DNA of 64,000 bases, from contig OZ244065.1 in the NCBI GenBank assembly GCA_965215505.1, positions 5,952,001 through 6,016,000 of the forward strand. Direction: 5' to 3'. Of this stretch, positions 30,280-39,042 are shown one piece after another. The notes under the pieces were generated by a model. The model was not told the origin of the DNA. It did no database searches and saw only the letters and a list, made by a program, of their open reading frames with translations. A program made the translations under genes and the position numbers. Source of the stretch: Capsulimonadaceae bacterium (GTDB lineage Bacteria > Armatimonadota > Armatimonadia > Armatimonadales > Capsulimonadaceae). Each line of letters starts with the position of its first letter. Within the stretch, counting starts at the first letter, position 1.

Positions 30280-30335
30280 AGGGCAGGGATACCCTGCCCC
30301 TTCGCATTGCATGTAGGGGCGGGTCCCCCCGCCCT
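30280..30335. repeat. REP-like palindrome pair
   Basis: AGGGCAGGG-ATA-CCCTGCCCC and GTAGGGGCGGG..CCCGCCCT. Confidence 0.65.
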
Positions 30336-30349
30336 TCCCATCCCCATCT

Positions 30350-31345
30350 TCAATTCGCGACGAAGCGGATCGTGAGGCTTTCGCCATGTTCTGAGGGGTG
30401 ACTGGTGACGAAGGCGTCATAGTCGGCATTGTTGTACCTGATGGGAAACATGCCCTCTTGCGGCACATCACTCCGGGTGATGTCCATCTCCGCCATGACC
30501 TTGATTTTGAAGGTCGTCGGCTCCTGAAGTGATTTCGGGAGTGGGAGGACTTGATCGGACAAGCCCTCGCCGCGTAGCTGAACACGCACCTGCCCGCCTT
30601 CAGGAAGGAATCGCATTTCGGTCGCTTTCGCCTCGATGGCCCACACCAGCAGGGAGTGCTGTAGGGCCTGGACCGGGTGATCGCGATAGAACGTCTCGCG
30701 CCCGGTGTCGGTGGCGACGGAGGCCAGCGCACCGGCGATGTCTCCATTCACGCGAGACACGAAAGCGTCATCCCGCGAAGGGCGAGACTCCGAAAGACTG
30801 TCGTTGACCATGGCAAGGATCCTCCCTTTCAACCGCTGTCGGCCCTGATTGAGCCGGCTCTTTACCGTCGTCATGGGCAGGCCGAGAAACTCGGCGATGT
30901 CCTGGTGTGACCGTTCCCCGAAATAAAAGAGCGTGATCACCTCCCGCTGGCCGGACGGCAGCGACTGGATGGCCCGGCCGACTTCTTCCTCGACCTGATG
31001 CCGCTGCGCGATCTCCTCTAAACCGGGCGTGGAGGCGGGCAGGTGTTCGGCGTGTTGGAGTGGAACCGTGTCCACACGCTTGTTCCGGGTCAGGCGGTCG
31101 CACTGCTTGAAGACGATCTTCCTGAACCAGACCGGGAAGGCCTCCGGCGCGCGCAGGCCAGGCAGTAGGCGATGCGCCTCCACGAACGCCTCTTGGGCGG
31201 CGTCCTGCCCCTCGTGGAAACTGCCCAGGACCGTCGCGGCGTAGGCAGCCGCGCGGTCCTGGAAGCGCCGGACGAGCCAGTTGAACGCTTCCAAATTTCC
31301 CGCCTGCGCCCGCCGCACCTGCCGCGCTGTTTCCTCATCGCTCAT
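30350..31345 (-). CDS. ECF sigma-70 factor with C-terminal PilB/GspE N2-like domain
   Basis: DAAQEAF, FPVWF, DIAEFLGLPMTTVKSRL; tail KIKVMAEMDITRSDVPQEG...PSEHGESLTIR. Confidence 0.85.
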   Translation of the reverse strand: MSDEETARQVRRAQAGNLEAFNWLVRRFQDRAAAYAATVLGSFHEGQDAAQEAFVEAHRLLPGLRAPEAFPVWFRKIVFKQCDRLTRNKRVDTVPLQHAEHLPASTPGLEEIAQRHQVEEEVGRAIQSLPSGQREVITLFYFGERSHQDIAEFLGLPMTTVKSRLNQGRQRLKGRILAMVNDSLSESRPSRDDAFVSRVNGDIAGALASVATDTGRETFYRDHPVQALQHSLLVWAIEAKATEMRFLPEGGQVRVQLRGEGLSDQVLPLPKSLQEPTTFKIKVMAEMDITRSDVPQEGMFPIRYNNADYDAFVTSHPSEHGESLTIRFVAN

Positions 31346-31471
31346 GTCAAATCGCTCATGTCAAATCGCTCATGTCAAATCGCTCATGTCAAATCGCTCA
31401 TGTCAAATCGCTCATGTCAAATCGCTCATGTCAAATCGCTCATGTCAAATCGCTCATGTCAAATCGCTCAT
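31337..31471. repeat. Perfect 14-bp tandem repeat, 9 full units plus 9 nt
   Basis: (ATCGCTCATGTCAA)9 ATCGCTCAT read directly. Confidence 0.97.
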
Positions 31472-31525
31472 ATCGAGTGGTGCCTACTGATAAGACCCGA
31501 GTTCGCGCGGAAAGGTTGAAACGAA

Positions 31526-31563
31526 TAAGCCCCCGCCTCTGGGCCAGAGGCGCGGGCGTTTTT
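31526..31563. terminator. Possible terminator hairpin downstream of K+ channel gene
   Basis: Imperfect GCCC..GCCTCTG-GGC-CAGAGGGC..GGGC stem flanked by AA/TTTTT. Confidence 0.45.
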
Positions 31564-31584
31564 GTTGACCTGTTCACCGGCGCG

Positions 31585-33288
31585 CTAGGCCGCGATGATC
31601 TCGCGCACGATGTCCGCAGGCCCGCAGAGGATCAGCTCGGTCCCGGCGGGGTGGGGCGGGGCGAGTTCCGAGGCGGCTTGCAGCGGACCACCCTTGAGGC
31701 GGAAGGCGAGCTGCCGGACGCCCGCCGCGCGCCACGAGTCCAGGAGGTCGGCGGTCAGCGGCGCGTCGGTCTGGTGGCGGCCGGCGAGGAAGGTCAGGCC
31801 GCCGAGGTGCAGGGGGCGCAGGGCCAGCTCATCGGTGGCCGCGCCGACGAACGCGCTGACGGCGGCCTCCGAGGCGGACAGGGCGCGGTCAATGGCGAAG
31901 GCGTGGGGGAGCTGCTCGGCCAGGGTGTCGTCGAAGATGCGCGCCACCGTCGTGATCTTCGGGTTCAGGCGCTTGGCATGGAGGCAGGCCTGGATGTTGG
32001 CGAGGTCGTCATTGGTGCAGGCCAGGAACGCGGCGGCGGACCCGGCGGCCACCCGCTCCAGGTTGTCCGGCAGCGAGGCGTCGCCCGTCAGCACCGGCGC
32101 GCGGTCGCGAAGGGACTCGGCAAAGCGCGGACGGGGCGCGAGGTCCAGCACGGCCACGTCCAGCCCCAGGTCACTAAACTGCCGGGCCACGCGGTAGCCC
32201 ACGTTGCCCAGGCCCGCGACGATGACGTGCCCGGTCAGGCCGCCCGCGCGGCGGCTCAGGGTTTCGTCCAGCCGTTCCGCCGTCGCCAGGGCGGCGAGGT
32301 AGGAAAAGACGATGCCGAGCAGCGCGCCGCCGATCAGCATCACGGCGCAGCCGTAGAGCTTCACCCAGTCGGGGGTGTCCTTGAGGCTGATGTCGCCGTA
32401 GCCGGTCGTGGTCGCCGTGGTGACGACGAAATAGAGGGCGTCCACGGGGCTGAGGCGCAGGGCATGGCGGAAGACGAAGACCGAGGCGACCAGCACGGCG
32501 GCGAGGACGGCCGCCGTGGGCAGCAGCCGGGTCGGCGTCGGCCGGCGGTGCCCGTGCGCCCTGGGCCGACGCTGCCAAAAGGGCCTCCGCGTCCGCCGCC
32601 ACCCCCGGTTGCGCGTGACGGCGCGCAGGACCGACTCGCGTGGGCCGCCGATCAGCAGCTCCTCGCCCACGGTCAGAGGCTCATCATCGGCGTTCCCGGG
32701 GACGGCGCTCCACTCCGCCTTCGGGCCGAGGCGTGCGAGGACTGCACAGCCGAAGCGGGCCTTGACCTCGGCTGCGGCCAGCCCGAGCAGGGGCGACCCG
32801 GCCCGGACCGTCAGCCGGCACAGGGGGACCTCGCCGTCCCCCAGCCGCAGGGTTTCCAGGACGGTGTCGCCGCAGGCGGCGGCGACGAAGGCGGGCGTGG
32901 CGAGGGCCGAGACGCTGTAGGCGCGGCGGACGTTCCAGCCCTGCTCCAGTTGGTCGGCGAGCAGGGGGTCGAAGGCGCGCAGGACGACCGGGACATCGGG
33001 GGCCACGTCGCGGGCCGCGACGGTGGCGTGCAGGTTCTTCAGGTCGCTCTCGGACAGGGCGAGCAGCGCGGTCGCCCCGGCCAGGCCCGCCGCGCGCAGC
33101 GTCTCGCCGGGAACTCCGGCCAGGGCATCCACCACCCGCACCCCGTCCCCGAGCAGGGGCAGCAGCGCGTCGGCTTCCCCGCCCAGTCGGATGACCGTCA
33201 CCTGCGCCCGGCCCGCCGCCATCGCCTGCGCCACGCGCACCGAGAGGCGGCACAGGCCCCAGATCACGAACCTTTCTCCGGACAGCAT
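31585..33288 (-). CDS. Potassium channel family protein with TrkA-N/TrkA-C (RCK) domains
   Basis: TTTGYGD selectivity filter; VIVAGLGNVG Rossmann motif. Confidence 0.9.
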   Translation of the reverse strand: MLSGERFVIWGLCRLSVRVAQAMAAGRAQVTVIRLGGEADALLPLLGDGVRVVDALAGVPGETLRAAGLAGATALLALSESDLKNLHATVAARDVAPDVPVVLRAFDPLLADQLEQGWNVRRAYSVSALATPAFVAAACGDTVLETLRLGDGEVPLCRLTVRAGSPLLGLAAAEVKARFGCAVLARLGPKAEWSAVPGNADDEPLTVGEELLIGGPRESVLRAVTRNRGWRRTRRPFWQRRPRAHGHRRPTPTRLLPTAAVLAAVLVASVFVFRHALRLSPVDALYFVVTTATTTGYGDISLKDTPDWVKLYGCAVMLIGGALLGIVFSYLAALATAERLDETLSRRAGGLTGHVIVAGLGNVGYRVARQFSDLGLDVAVLDLAPRPRFAESLRDRAPVLTGDASLPDNLERVAAGSAAAFLACTNDDLANIQACLHAKRLNPKITTVARIFDDTLAEQLPHAFAIDRALSASEAAVSAFVGAATDELALRPLHLGGLTFLAGRHQTDAPLTADLLDSWRAAGVRQLAFRLKGGPLQAASELAPPHPAGTELILCGPADIVREIIAA

Positions 33289-33429
33289 GGCGCTAAGTTG
33301 GCGTCCGCCTACTCTTTCTCCTGCCCGCGCGCCATATCGCTGTCCGATGTGCTACAATACCGTGTCACGGCGACTTCCTGCCGCGGAACATTTCCCTCGC
33401 GCCCGAGACGCGCCGAGAGAGGAGACCGG

Positions 33430-34065
33430 ATGGATGTCCTCGCCGTTCCGCCGCCAACGCATACTCCGGTTCACGCCGTCAAGATCGTCGCCCTGCTGGC
33501 CTCCGCGGGGGGGCTGAAGGCGATCAGCGCCGTGCTGGCCGCCCTGCCGCGCGACTTCCCCGTGCCCATCGTCATCGTCCAGCACCTCAGCCCGCGCCTG
33601 CCCAGCCTGATGGCGGACATCCTCTCGCGCCGGACCGCCCTGCCCGTCACGCAGGCGCGGGACGGCGAGGCGCTGCGGCCCGGCCACGTCTACCTCGCGC
33701 CGCCCGATCAGCACCTGCTCGTGACCGGGCAGCAAACGGTTTCCCTCACCCTGACCGAGAAAGTCCATCACGTCCGCCCGTCCGGGGACGTGCTGTTCGA
33801 GTCGGTCGCGGCCTGTTACGGCGCGGGGGCCGTCGTGGTCATCCTCACCGGCGGCGACGGCGACGGCGCGACGGGCCTGCTTGCGGTCAAGGACGCCGGC
33901 GGGCTGACCATCGCCCAGGACGAGGCCAGCAGCGAGTCGTTCTCCATGCCCCGCGCGGCCATCGAGACCGGCGGCGTGGACCACATCCTGGCGCTCGACG
34001 CCATCGCCCCGATGCTGCTGTCCCTGGTGGCGCCCGGCTACGCGCCGCGCACCTCAGCGATGTAG
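33430..34065 (+). CDS. cheB: Stand-alone CheB methylesterase domain protein
   Basis: ASAGG, IVQH, RPSGDVLF, LTGxxxDG, SMP; no receiver domain. Confidence 0.85.
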   Translation: MDVLAVPPPTHTPVHAVKIVALLASAGGLKAISAVLAALPRDFPVPIVIVQHLSPRLPSLMADILSRRTALPVTQARDGEALRPGHVYLAPPDQHLLVTGQQTVSLTLTEKVHHVRPSGDVLFESVAACYGAGAVVVILTGGDGDGATGLLAVKDAGGLTIAQDEASSESFSMPRAAIETGGVDHILALDAIAPMLLSLVAPGYAPRTSAM

Positions 34066-34658
34066 TAGGCGTTGAGGCGCGTCATCACCTCGTCGGAGGT
34101 GATCTCCAGAAGGTATTCGGGCACAAACACCAATCCTCCGTTTCTACACCTGTTGTCTATCTTGATCTGAAACGCAGTGACGCGCGGGAGTCGTTGCAGG
34201 TAGGACTTGTCTTTCATGACAATGACGATCATCCGGTATCTTGCGATGATGCGTGTTTTGAAGAAGCGGTTCGATATGAGACGGCGCTCGTCGGTCCAAA
34301 GATGCATCTTCTGGATTTCGTCCCAGGCGAGTTGACCGACCATGTAGCCGGACGCACGCGCCACGATGCCGGTTCTGTTGATGACAAGGGCCGGTTCGCC
34401 GAGTCGCAGACTTCGCCTTAAAGTGGAAAGGTAGCTGACGAGATAGGGGGTGCCCGCTATCAACACCCCAATCTCAAACAGACCCAGGAAACCCAGGATG
34501 CGGTTGGGCCAGCCCTTTGCCATCACAAAATCGAAGAAAGCCCAACCGAGAAAGGCTGTCATCGGAAGGAGGGCGACACACAGGACGGCATGGAGCACTA
34601 TCAGCCGGCTCAGTGCCTTCCGGTTATAAGCGATCTGTATCGCAGCATCTTCGGCCAC
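34038..34658 (-). CDS. Hypothetical membrane protein (paralog 1)
   Basis: Two TMs; GQLAWDEI and C-terminal MTRLNAxYIAE shared with neighbour. Confidence 0.65.
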   Translation of the reverse strand: MAEDAAIQIAYNRKALSRLIVLHAVLCVALLPMTAFLGWAFFDFVMAKGWPNRILGFLGLFEIGVLIAGTPYLVSYLSTLRRSLRLGEPALVINRTGIVARASGYMVGQLAWDEIQKMHLWTDERRLISNRFFKTRIIARYRMIVIVMKDKSYLQRLPRVTAFQIKIDNRCRNGGLVFVPEYLLEITSDEVMTRLNAYYIAEVRGA

Positions 34659-34751
34659 TCTGCACCTCCCGCTTCACCCCAATGCCTCTACTAGAACTCC
34701 GGCGCTTTCCGTCCCACCGCGTGCCGTCGTTACTGCTGCTTGTAGCCCCGG

Positions 34752-35345
34752 CTACGCCGCGCTTCTCATCTCTGCTATGTAAAAGGCGTTGAGGCGCGTC
34801 ATCAATTCGTCGGCGGTGACGGCAAGCGCCATCTCCGGGATGAACAGCCAGCGCCTGCGACCGGCGGCATACCACGGCCTACTCAGCGATTGGATGAGCT
34901 TTGGCTTGCCCCGCAGACAGCGTTGAAAGTCCACGCCATCCTTCAGCATCACCACAACTCCGCGCTGTTTGCTGATGACGGGCATTCTGTCCCACCAGCT
35001 GGCGAACAGCCGGATATCCAAGTCAGAGGGATACATCTTCTCGATCTCATCCCAAGCGAGCTGTCCGAGAGCGTATCCAGAGGCATTGTCCACAAGGCCC
35101 TTCTGATTGACACAAACGGCTTCGTCTGCTCGTTTCAGGCCACGCACGAGAACGCCCACCCACTGCATCGTTCCGAAGTAACTGGGCAAGAGCGCATAAA
35201 CTAGACCAAGAACAGCCCACTCAGCCCAGCCCCTCCCGGCGACATGGAACAGGGTCACGCCAAACACGATAGCGCCTAGAACGATTGCGCTGTAAACTGA
35301 CAGCCGCCGCCGCATTTTGGCCCGGTCAAAGTCAAAGGAAATCAC
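34752..35345 (-). CDS. Hypothetical membrane protein (paralog 2)
   Basis: Same motifs; GGAGG RBS and GTG. Confidence 0.65.
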   Translation of the reverse strand: MISFDFDRAKMRRRLSVYSAIVLGAIVFGVTLFHVAGRGWAEWAVLGLVYALLPSYFGTMQWVGVLVRGLKRADEAVCVNQKGLVDNASGYALGQLAWDEIEKMYPSDLDIRLFASWWDRMPVISKQRGVVVMLKDGVDFQRCLRGKPKLIQSLSRPWYAAGRRRWLFIPEMALAVTADELMTRLNAFYIAEMRSAA

Positions 35346-35373
35346 AGTCCCTCCACCTCTCCTGTGAGCAGGA

Positions 35374-36258
35374 TCATTTCATCCAGGCGTCTTTTTTTCT
35401 TTCTTCCGCGCTTCGCGTGTCCTTGTAGACGATCCGAACATCATGCCACTGTTCTTGCCCGGCGTTATAATCGCGCCAGATGTAGAGCGTATGACGGCCC
35501 GCCCATTGGATGCGGCCTATTCCTCCGAATTGGCTGCTTGCGGAGTTGGTGTGGAACAGATCAAGGACCGTATGCCGGGGGCGGACGATGACATCCGAGT
35601 AGTCACCGGCCGCGCCGGGGTTGACGTTGTGTATCACGGCGACATAAGCCCCGTCCGGGGATGGTGCCGGGTCGGATTGGGTCACCTCCGTGCCCATGCC
35701 CCGCGACCACGCTGCCCCGAGTAGATCGAACAGCCGGAAAGGCACGCCCAACGCAGCAAGCCATACCAGGACCACGATAACCTTTCTGGGAGCTAGGGGG
35801 CTGCCCGCGATTGGCACAGAAAAGAGGGGCTGCTGCCAGGCACGGGCAACAACAGTGGCCGCAAGATAGGACGCTGCCACCGCCAGGAGCGCAGGCAGGA
35901 AACCAGAAGCAGTAAAGCCGAACATCGCGAAGATGCCTCCCGCCGGTAGCAGGCTCCAAAGCAGACTGGACTTCACTGCGCCACCGGCTCTCGGGAGACA
36001 GGCACAGGTGAGTAGGCCCAGGAGCAGGCCCGTGGCGAGAAACGGCCAGTCGGGGCAGAGCGTGTTCCACGCGAGGGCCAGCAGGATGCTCCACAGTTCT
36101 TCAGGGTGCCGAAGATATTCCGGGCCACTGCTTTCCAAAAACCACAGCAGGCTGAATGAGTAGGCCCAGATGAGCGCGTAGGACACGACGCAGATGACCC
36201 ATTGGCGCATCAACGGCCATGCCTTCCCGGCTTGGACCGGACTGTCCTCCTGCATCAC
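35374..36258 (-). CDS. Multi-pass membrane hypothetical protein
   Basis: About 6 TMs plus extracytoplasmic SPDG..NPGA domain. Confidence 0.65.
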   Translation of the reverse strand: MMQEDSPVQAGKAWPLMRQWVICVVSYALIWAYSFSLLWFLESSGPEYLRHPEELWSILLALAWNTLCPDWPFLATGLLLGLLTCACLPRAGGAVKSSLLWSLLPAGGIFAMFGFTASGFLPALLAVAASYLAATVVARAWQQPLFSVPIAGSPLAPRKVIVVLVWLAALGVPFRLFDLLGAAWSRGMGTEVTQSDPAPSPDGAYVAVIHNVNPGAAGDYSDVIVRPRHTVLDLFHTNSASSQFGGIGRIQWAGRHTLYIWRDYNAGQEQWHDVRIVYKDTRSAEERKKDAWMK

Positions 36259-36265
36259 CTACTCC

Positions 36266-37174
36266 TCAAGTCACCGCCCCGACCAGCTCGTTCACGTCCT
36301 CGATCCCATTCTCCGCCAGATAAGCCTCGATTCCCGTCACTACGTCTGTCACCGCCGTCGGGTTCACGAAGGTCGCTGTGCCGACGGCGACCGCCGTCGC
36401 GCCGGCCAGCAGGAACTCGATGGCGTCGGTGGCGGACATGATGCCGCCCATGCCGATCAGCGGCACGTCCGGCAGGGCGCGATGCACCTGCCAGACGCAG
36501 CGCAGGGCGACGGGCTTGACGGCAGGGCCGCTCAGGCCGCCGGTGATGTTGGCGAGCCGGAACTTGCGCTTACGGACATCTATCGCCGTGCCGAGCAGGG
36601 TGTTGATGAGCGAAAGGCCGTCCGAGCCGGCCTCCACGGCGGCGCGGGCGATGGGGACCAGATCGGTGACATTGGGTGAGAGCTTGGTGATCAGCGTCAG
36701 GTCGGTGACTTTCCGAATCTCGCGGATGAGTTCGCCCGTTAAAGCCGGGTCCACGGCGAAGTCGCAGCCGTGCTTGACGTTGGGGCAGGAGATGTTGATT
36801 TCCAGGCCATGCACCCCGCCCACCGCCGTCAGCCGCTCGGCGAGATAGACATAGTCGGCGACCTCATAGCCGACGAGGTTGACGATGACCGGAACGTCGA
36901 ACTGCCGCAGGAAGGGCAGCTTTTCGGTGAGAAAATTGTCGATGCCGCCGTTTTGCAGGCCGATGGCGTTCAGTATCCCCGAAGGGGTCTCGACGATGCG
37001 CGGCGTCGGGTTGCCCAGGCGCGGCTCGCGCGACGTGCTCTTGACGACGCACGCTCCTATCTTGGTCAGGTCCACGATGCCGGCCATCTCATTGCCGAAG
37101 CCGAATGTCCCCGACCCCGTGACGACGGGGTTCCGCAGCGTCAGGCTGCCGATCTTGACGGACGTATTCACCAC
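36266..37174 (-). CDS. pyrD: Dihydroorotate dehydrogenase 1B catalytic subunit
   Basis: SGTFG, NAIGLQN, NISCPN, GGLSGPAVKP; start may be 37171. Confidence 0.96.
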   Translation of the reverse strand: MVNTSVKIGSLTLRNPVVTGSGTFGFGNEMAGIVDLTKIGACVVKSTSREPRLGNPTPRIVETPSGILNAIGLQNGGIDNFLTEKLPFLRQFDVPVIVNLVGYEVADYVYLAERLTAVGGVHGLEINISCPNVKHGCDFAVDPALTGELIREIRKVTDLTLITKLSPNVTDLVPIARAAVEAGSDGLSLINTLLGTAIDVRKRKFRLANITGGLSGPAVKPVALRCVWQVHRALPDVPLIGMGGIMSATDAIEFLLAGATAVAVGTATFVNPTAVTDVVTGIEAYLAENGIEDVNELVGAVT

Positions 37175-37962
37175 TTCACCTCCGACGCTTCAAAGACCGG
37201 CCCGTCCACGCAGCAGCGGACGCGGCGGCCGTCGGCGAGGTCCAGCACGCACCCCATGCAGACCCCGATGCCGCAAGGCATGGACACCTCGACGGACAAC
37301 TGGCAGGGGACGCCGAGCGACTTACAGAGGTCGCCGACCGCCCGCATCATCGGGGTCGGCCCGCAGCAGTAGACCGTGACCGGCCGGCCCGAACGCTCGC
37401 GCAGTACCGGCTCCAGGGCGTCCGTGACGCGCCCCGGCGTCCCGTGGGAGCCGTCCTCGGTCGCCGCCCGCGCGTCCACACCCGCCGCCATCAGTTCGGC
37501 CTCACACAGCAGGAGGTCTTTGCGGCGCGCGCCGATGATGAAAAGGATGTCGGAGGCGGCGTCAGCCGCTCGCAGTTCGCGGGTCAGAAAAACTAGTGGC
37601 GGGACGCCGTAGCCGCCGCCGACCATGATGTGGGCTGCGCCGGGGCGGTCGTCGGGCCGGAAGATGCGCCCGCCCAGCGGGCCGACTAGGTCCAGCACGT
37701 CGCCGGGGACCTTGCGCGCCATGCCCTGCGTCGTCGCGCCGACGATGGAATACAGCAGGCTGATCCGGCCCCGGTCGCGGTCCACGGTGTAGATGGAGAA
37801 GGGCTTGCGGAGCAGCGGGTCGGTCCGCTCCGCTGTGAGCGCATTGACGAAGTGGCCGGGCCGGGCCAGAGCGGCGAGGCCGGGTGCCTCGCATGTGATG
37901 ACCTTATGGTCCGCAATGATCACGTCGTTGGCGAGGATGGGGGCGAAGACTTGTTGAGGCAT
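37168..37962 (-). CDS. pyrK: Dihydroorotate dehydrogenase electron transfer subunit
   Basis: RKPFSI, GPLG, GGGYG, CGIGVCMGC..CVDGPVF. Confidence 0.94.
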   Translation of the reverse strand: MPQQVFAPILANDVIIADHKVITCEAPGLAALARPGHFVNALTAERTDPLLRKPFSIYTVDRDRGRISLLYSIVGATTQGMARKVPGDVLDLVGPLGGRIFRPDDRPGAAHIMVGGGYGVPPLVFLTRELRAADAASDILFIIGARRKDLLLCEAELMAAGVDARAATEDGSHGTPGRVTDALEPVLRERSGRPVTVYCCGPTPMMRAVGDLCKSLGVPCQLSVEVSMPCGIGVCMGCVLDLADGRRVRCCVDGPVFEASEVKW

Positions 37963-37974
37963 GAACAGAACTTC

Positions 37975-38682
37975 CTAAGCGGGGGGCGGGAGTGTCAGTA
38001 AAGAGACGGCCAGTGCATCGAACGTCTGGACGCGCGGGCAGTCGGCATCGGGGCGGCGGCTCGCGTGGTCAAATAGGAGGGCCGACATCCCCGCCGCCCG
38101 CGCGCCCGCGACATCCAGTTCGTACCAGTCGCCGACGTGCAGGGAGGTTTCGGGGGTGGCGTCCGCCTGGCGCAGTGCCTCTTGGAACAGGCGCGGGCTG
38201 GGCTTGGTGACGCCGACGATCTCGGACACGGCCAGGGCATCCAGCAGGGGCGCGATGCCTAGCTCGTCCAGCAGGGCAGGTAGGGTCGCCTCCCAGTCGG
38301 AGATCGCGCCGAGGGTGAAGCCGCACCGCCGGAGTTCCCGTAGCAGGGCCAATGCGTCCGGGTGAAGGTAGCGGCTGAATGGGACGGCGGCGAACGCCAC
38401 GCCGAATGCCTGCCACTCTTCGTCGCCGAGAGGCGGGCAGCCGAGCGCCCGCCAGATGCGGGACACGGTCTCGCGCAGGGAGTCGGGGGCGTCCCAGAGG
38501 ACACCCGCGACGTAGCGGCCCACTGCATACGCCTCGCCGACGCGAAAGGCCGCAGGCAGATGCGCCTCCTCTAAGGAAAAGCCGCTCTGCCGCGCCGCCA
38601 GCGCCAGCCGCGTCAGCAGCGGCGGGTCGTCATAGACAAGCGTGTCTCCGATGTCGAAGAAGATGGCCTTGATGGGTGACAC
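37975..38682 (-). CDS. HAD-superfamily hydrolase
   Basis: FFDIGDTL, KP, HVGD..LDV. Confidence 0.88.
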   Translation of the reverse strand: MSPIKAIFFDIGDTLVYDDPPLLTRLALAARQSGFSLEEAHLPAAFRVGEAYAVGRYVAGVLWDAPDSLRETVSRIWRALGCPPLGDEEWQAFGVAFAAVPFSRYLHPDALALLRELRRCGFTLGAISDWEATLPALLDELGIAPLLDALAVSEIVGVTKPSPRLFQEALRQADATPETSLHVGDWYELDVAGARAAGMSALLFDHASRRPDADCPRVQTFDALAVSLLTLPPPA

Positions 38683-38709
38683 TAGGCCATTATACCAGAC
38701 GCCCGCCGT

Positions 38710-39003
38710 CTACTTAGTCGCCTGCTTGATGTTTTCTTCCACGGGGTCGAAGAACCCGCCCGTTACGTTCAGCCGTCCCTGCATCTCGCGCGAGACGACG
38801 GCCCAGTCCGCCTCATCCAGACGGCCCCGCAGCGACTCGCCGAGAGCGCGGCTGTCGGGCGGCTGGGGCGCGTCCAGCAGGGCGGCGACCCGGTCGCGCA
38901 GCAGGGTCGGCTCTTGCAGCAGCTCGGCATCCAGGGGCGAGGTGCCGAAGTCCGATTCGGCATAGTTCAGGTACTCGATGACGTCTTCAGTGGTCTGGTT
39001 CAT
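38710..39003 (-). CDS. Hypothetical acidic protein
   Basis: GC3-rich ORF in operon context. Confidence 0.55.
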   Translation of the reverse strand: MNQTTEDVIEYLNYAESDFGTSPLDAELLQEPTLLRDRVAALLDAPQPPDSRALGESLRGRLDEADWAVVSREMQGRLNVTGGFFDPVEENIKQATK

Positions 39004-39042
39004 GCGTGGTCTTTACCTACGCCGCGCCGCCCGCCAAACCTG

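Noticed and set aside
31337-31471. CRISPR array
   Set aside because: Head-to-tail 14-bp units with no spacers and no cas genes in the window
31372-34065. 897-aa plus-strand ORF beginning in the repeat
   Set aside because: Antisense shadow of the K+ channel gene; only 33430-34065 (CheB) has real motifs and an RBS
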